From an uncultured Candidatus Rokubacteria bacterium (GTDB taxonomy: Bacteria; Methylomirabilota; Methylomirabilia; Rokubacteriales; CSP1-6): DNA of 64,000 nucleotides. The notes below the pieces were generated by a model. It made no database searches. It saw nothing but the letters and a program-made list of their open reading frames with translations, and had not been told where the DNA came from. Of the stretch, positions 60,333 to 64,000 are shown one piece after another. The position numbers were made by a program, and so were the translations under genes. The stretch lies in the NCBI GenBank assembly GCA_963758635.1, contig CAVWWD010000003.1, positions 1 to 64,000 of the forward strand, in the 5' to 3' direction. The first letter of the stretch is position 1, and every line of letters begins with the position of its first letter.

Positions 60333-60710
60333 TCACGAACGTCCGCGCCGCGCCAGCACCGCCTGGATCTTGGCCACGAGGCCGGGGAAGTCCACCGGCT
60401 TCTCCTCGAAGTCGTCGCAGCCCGCGGTCATCGCCTGCTCCCGGTGCTTGGGATCGGCGTGGGAGCTGAGCGCGATGATCGGGATCTCCTTGGTCTCGGG
60501 CTGGGCCTTGAGGCGGCGGGTGGCCTCCCAGCCGTCGAGGACGGGAAGGTTCAGGTCCATCAGGATGAGGTCGGGACGGTCCTGGGTCGCCATGGTGACG
60601 CCTTCGGCCCCGTTGCGCGCCACGCTCACGTCGAAGCCGGCCTGGGTGAGCCGCCGGTGGGCGATGAACATGTTGTCGTCGTTGTCCTCGACGTAGAGGA
60701 TGGTCGCCAT
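60333..60710 (-). CDS. single-domain response regulator
   Basis: ILYVEDNDDN, LMDLNLPVLDGW, EKPV. Confidence 0.9.
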   Translation of the reverse strand: MATILYVEDNDDNMFIAHRRLTQAGFDVSVARNGAEGVTMATQDRPDLILMDLNLPVLDGWEATRRLKAQPETKEIPIIALSSHADPKHREQAMTAGCDDFEEKPVDFPGLVAKIQAVLARRGRS

Positions 60711-60762
60711 GGCCGCTCTCCCCCGACGCGCGTCGCGACGGGCCCGACGGCCCGCGCGCTCC

Positions 60763-61542
60763 TCAATCGAGGATGACGCCGCCGTCCACGTTATAGGACT
60801 GGCCCGTGATGTTGCGGGCGCCCGGGGAGGCGAGGAAGACGGCAAGGGCCGCCACGTCCTCCGGGTCGTTGGGGCGACCCAGGGGAATGGCGGCATTGCG
60901 GCGCCGCTCCATCTCTTCCACCGCCACGCCGTGCTGCTGGGCCCGCGTGCGCAGGTTGTCCTGCGACAGCGCCGTCACCGTGGTGCCCGGACAGATCGCG
61001 TTGACCCGGATGTCGTGCGGGGCGAGCTGCAGCGCGGCGATCTTCGTGAGGCTGATGACCGCGCCCTTGCTCGCCGCGTAGATGGCGTTGGAGGTGCCCG
61101 CGAAGCCCTTGCCGGCGATCGAGGCGACGTTGACGATGACGCCGCGGCGGCGCGGGATCATCTCGCGCGCCACCCGCTGGAGGCAGAAGAACACGCCCTT
61201 GGCGTTGATCCGGAAGATGCGGTCCCAGTCGGCCTCGTCGAGGTCCATGATGTCGGCGCGACGCGTGACGCCGGCGTTGTTGACGAGGACGTCGACCTGC
61301 CCGAAGGTCTCCACGGTGCGGCGGACCATCGCATCGATGGCGGCGAGGTCGCCCACGTCGACGGCGAGGGCCAGGCCCTTCTTGCCCGCCTTCGTGACCG
61401 CGGCCGCGCACGCCTCGGCTCCGGCGGCGTCGATGTCCACCGCCACCACGTGAGCGCCGGCCCGGGCCAGGGCCTCGGCGGTCGCCCGCCCGATCCCGTT
61501 GGCCGCCCCCGTCACGATCGCGACGCGCTCGGTCTGGTCCAT
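60763..61542 (-). CDS. short-chain dehydrogenase/reductase
   Basis: IVTGAANGIG, VNNAG, YAASKG, VNAICPG, NVDGG. Confidence 0.92.
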   Translation of the reverse strand: MDQTERVAIVTGAANGIGRATAEALARAGAHVVAVDIDAAGAEACAAAVTKAGKKGLALAVDVGDLAAIDAMVRRTVETFGQVDVLVNNAGVTRRADIMDLDEADWDRIFRINAKGVFFCLQRVAREMIPRRRGVIVNVASIAGKGFAGTSNAIYAASKGAVISLTKIAALQLAPHDIRVNAICPGTTVTALSQDNLRTRAQQHGVAVEEMERRRNAAIPLGRPNDPEDVAALAVFLASPGARNITGQSYNVDGGVILD

Positions 61543-61583
61543 GGCGGGGACGATAGCGCGGCCCCTCTGAGCCGTCAACCAGG

Positions 61584-62459
61584 CTAGGCCAGGTGCGACA
61601 ACCCCTCCTGCGCGACGGTGGCGACCAGCCTGCCGGCCCCGTCGAAGACCCGGCCCTGGACGAGGGCCCGGCCGCCCGCCATGCGCTGGGCCGCCTGCGA
61701 GTAGAGGAGCCAGTCGTCGGCCTTGATCGCGCGGTGGAACCACATGGCGTGGTCGAGGCTCGCCTGCTCGACGCGCCGGTCGATCCAGGCGATCCCGCGC
61801 GGCTGGCACGCGATGTCGAGCAGCGTCAGGTCGGAGGCATAGGCGAGGACGGCGGCGTGGAGCAGCGGGTCCTCGGGCAGGGGGCCGGTGGCCCGGATCC
61901 AGGTGTCCGCGGTGGGGGGCACGGCCGGCGGCGAGATGAGCGGCACCGGGCGGGCCTGGCGCACCTCGACGGCGCGCGGGCCGAGGAGCCAGGCGCGCTG
62001 CTCCGGCGGCAGGTCGCCCGCCACGGCGAGCCGCTCGTCGAGCTCGGAGGCGAGCCCCTCCGGCCCCGGCACGCGCGGCATCGGGTCCGACTGGTAGTCG
62101 AGCGGATCGTCGAGCTCGCTGGCGAACGACGCGACCATGACCGAGGTCTCGCGCCCGCCCTGCCACGACGACACGTGCCGCTGGGCGAACCGGCGGCCGT
62201 CGCGGAGGCGGCGCACCCGGTGCTCGATGGGCCGCGTGGGATCGGCGGGCGAGAGGAAGTGCGCGTGGAGCGCGCGGCACGCCTTGCCGGAGACGGTGCG
62301 GCCGGCCGCCACCAGGCCCTGCGCGAGCAGCTCGCCGCCGAAGGCCCGCGGGCGCGCGCGCTCCACGCAGGACGCCTCGAAGCGATCCTCGCCGCGCGAG
62401 CGGATGTCCCAGGAGTCGAGGAGGGCGGACAGCGGATCCGAGGCCATGGCGCCAGGCAT
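61584..62459 (-). CDS. tesB: acyl-CoA thioesterase II family
   Basis: FGGELLAQ, LHAHFL, RDGRRF, LAYASD, SLDHAMWFHR, VAQEGL. Confidence 0.85.
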   Translation of the reverse strand: MPGAMASDPLSALLDSWDIRSRGEDRFEASCVERARPRAFGGELLAQGLVAAGRTVSGKACRALHAHFLSPADPTRPIEHRVRRLRDGRRFAQRHVSSWQGGRETSVMVASFASELDDPLDYQSDPMPRVPGPEGLASELDERLAVAGDLPPEQRAWLLGPRAVEVRQARPVPLISPPAVPPTADTWIRATGPLPEDPLLHAAVLAYASDLTLLDIACQPRGIAWIDRRVEQASLDHAMWFHRAIKADDWLLYSQAAQRMAGGRALVQGRVFDGAGRLVATVAQEGLSHLA

Positions 62460-62499
62460 GTGATCCGGCCGTCCCGCCGTCAGGATGATGCGCGAGCAG

Positions 62500-63459
62500 T
62501 CATTCGATCACTTCGTCGGCACGAGCGAGCAGCGACGGCGACAGGGTCAGGCCAAGTGCCTTGGCGGTGCTCAGGTTGATGACGAACTCGAACTTTGTCG
62601 GCCGTTCCACCGGCAGATCGCCTGGCTTGGCGCCTTGCAGGATCTTCTGCACGTATTCCGCCGCCCGCCTGTAGAGGTCGCCGTAATCAGGTCCATACGT
62701 CATGAGGCCGCCCGTCTGCACCATGTCGCGGTGACCGTACATCGTCGGCAGCCGGTGCTTGACCGCGAGCTCGGCGATCCTGGCCCTATGAGTCGTGAAC
62801 ACGGTGTCATCCACGACGAGGAGCGCCCCCGCACCCCGCGCCGTGGAGATCGCCCTTTCGAGCTCACCGTGGTCGCGCGCTGCAACGACCTGCAGGCGCA
62901 CTCCCAGGGCTCCTGCGGCACGCTCCGCCTGCTTCGTGTGTTCCGCCGTCGCCGGACTGCCGGCGCGCACCAGGAAAGCGACACTGGCAAGACCGGGAAT
63001 GAGCTGCTGCAGCAGTTGCAGTCGCTTTCCATTGAGCTCCTCGGCGAGGGCGGTGATGCCGGTGATCCGTCCGCCGGGCCGCGCGAGACTCGTGACCAGC
63101 CCCATCGCCACCGGGTCCACGGCGGCCACGAATACCACCGGGATCGTCACGTCCCGAGTCAGTAGCACCGACGAGGTCCCGGAAGCCAATAGCACGTCGA
63201 CCTTCAGACGCTTCAACTCGGCGAGAGCATCGGGAAGTCGAGCCACGCTCTCCGCGAGGGCCCACTCGATCACCAGGTTCCTACCCTCGGTCAGCCCGTG
63301 CTCGCGCAACCCTTGGCGAAAGCCGGCGAGGAACTGCTGAGGCGGCGGGCCGACCCGCAGGAAGCCGATTCGCTTCACCTGCTGAGCGATACCGTGGCGG
63401 GGCCGGAGGACTGCCGACACGGTGGTCCCGACAACGACGACGAACTCTCGCCGCTTCAC
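62500..63459 (-). CDS. ABC transporter substrate-binding protein (DUF534, Trp/Tyr-like)
   Basis: MKRREF, SLARPGGRITG, GGLMTYGPD, GAKPGDLPVERPTKFEFVINL.TAKALGL, ADEVIE; no cognate permease nearby. Confidence 0.92.
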   Translation of the reverse strand: MKRREFVVVVGTTVSAVLRPRHGIAQQVKRIGFLRVGPPPQQFLAGFRQGLREHGLTEGRNLVIEWALAESVARLPDALAELKRLKVDVLLASGTSSVLLTRDVTIPVVFVAAVDPVAMGLVTSLARPGGRITGITALAEELNGKRLQLLQQLIPGLASVAFLVRAGSPATAEHTKQAERAAGALGVRLQVVAARDHGELERAISTARGAGALLVVDDTVFTTHRARIAELAVKHRLPTMYGHRDMVQTGGLMTYGPDYGDLYRRAAEYVQKILQGAKPGDLPVERPTKFEFVINLSTAKALGLTLSPSLLARADEVIE

Positions 63460-63657
63460 TCGATCACCTCATCGCCACGCTCGATCGGCGTGGCCGTCTC
63501 GGGACGTGCGATCCGGCGCCATCTGCCTCCCTGCTCCACGATGCGCGTGAGGATCTGGCGAAAGAGGGACCCTGTCAAGGAGCTTCAGGCGAGCGACAGG
63601 TTGACGTCCAGCTCTCAAAACGAAAATGCGGGATGATACCTCCGTGACGGGACCCCC

Positions 63658-64000
63658 ATGGCGCCGCCTCCCCAGGTGATCGACGCGATCGACGGGTTCG
63701 TGCCGCCGCTCCTCGGCGCGCTCGAGCGCATCGGATGGGTGCAGCGCCACCTGCACCCGCCGCTCGCCGAGCGGCTGGCCGCGGCGCTCTCCCCGCACGC
63801 GACCGCGGTGGCCGGGCCGCTCGGCGCGCTGACCGAGACGGCGTGGCCGGACGAGCTCTCCTTCCTGAAGGACCGGCTCGCCGGCGTCGGGCGCCAGACG
63901 GTGGAGCTGATCGAGGCCTTCGTGGACGCCTCGCGGACGCAGGGCGACCTGATCGGCCTCTACCGGGCGATCCGTCGGTTCGCGCCGATCCAGGAGGCGC
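63658..64000 (+). CDS. N-terminal part of a conserved protein (possibly phospholipase/carboxylesterase), runs off the window
   Basis: open frame from ATG 63658: PPLLGALERIGWVQRHLHPP..LYRAIRRF..QEA. Confidence 0.5.
   Translation, partial: MAPPPQVIDAIDGFVPPLLGALERIGWVQRHLHPPLAERLAAALSPHATAVAGPLGALTETAWPDELSFLKDRLAGVGRQTVELIEAFVDASRTQGDLIGLYRAIRRFAPIQEA

Overview
GC-rich bacterial DNA. The gene repertoire (cyclase-AAA-TPR, BTAD-AAA-TPR, DUF534-type binding protein, many LLM/SDR enzymes) resembles soil Rokubacteria/Methylomirabilota, which is an inference. Single-base frameshifts are frequent even in ordinary genes and suggest long-read indel errors, so many pseudogene calls are provisional. The window has two parts. 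(1) 1-33.3 kb is an accessory region hanging off the 3' end of a minus-strand tRNA-Ala(GGC) at 33217-33292. The tRNA 3' end recurs at 28182, 18699 and 5634. Each copy is preceded by the same module: tyrosine-integrase C-terminal stub, helically phased CGCAACC boxes and a terminator hairpin. This defines at least four tandem, integrase-decayed islands. Their cargo includes a deletion-collapsed Wadjet jetA-jetC fusion, a vapB-vapC fusion, a membrane-anchored TIR gene split by an IS701-family element (320 aa when reconstructed), two VPGP-variant PEP-CTERM proteins, STAND-type sensors, and a stand-alone A-PCP gene clustered with TauD, LLM, VOC and peptide-ABC genes. (2) 33.3-64 kb is mostly metabolic and signalling genes: AKR, tRNA-Leu(CAA), M24 peptidase, sugar ABC, oxidoreductases, amidohydrolase, TerC, FAD-oxidoreductase-SelD fusion, and a histidine kinase/response regulator/adenylate cyclase cascade. 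Small insertions punctuate this part: a repeat-flanked DUF5674 gene pair, an HTH-LAGLIDADG gene next to tRNA-Leu, a divergent restriction-modification pair and palindromic MITE/REP-like elements. All family assignments come from motif recognition by eye; no database searches were run.
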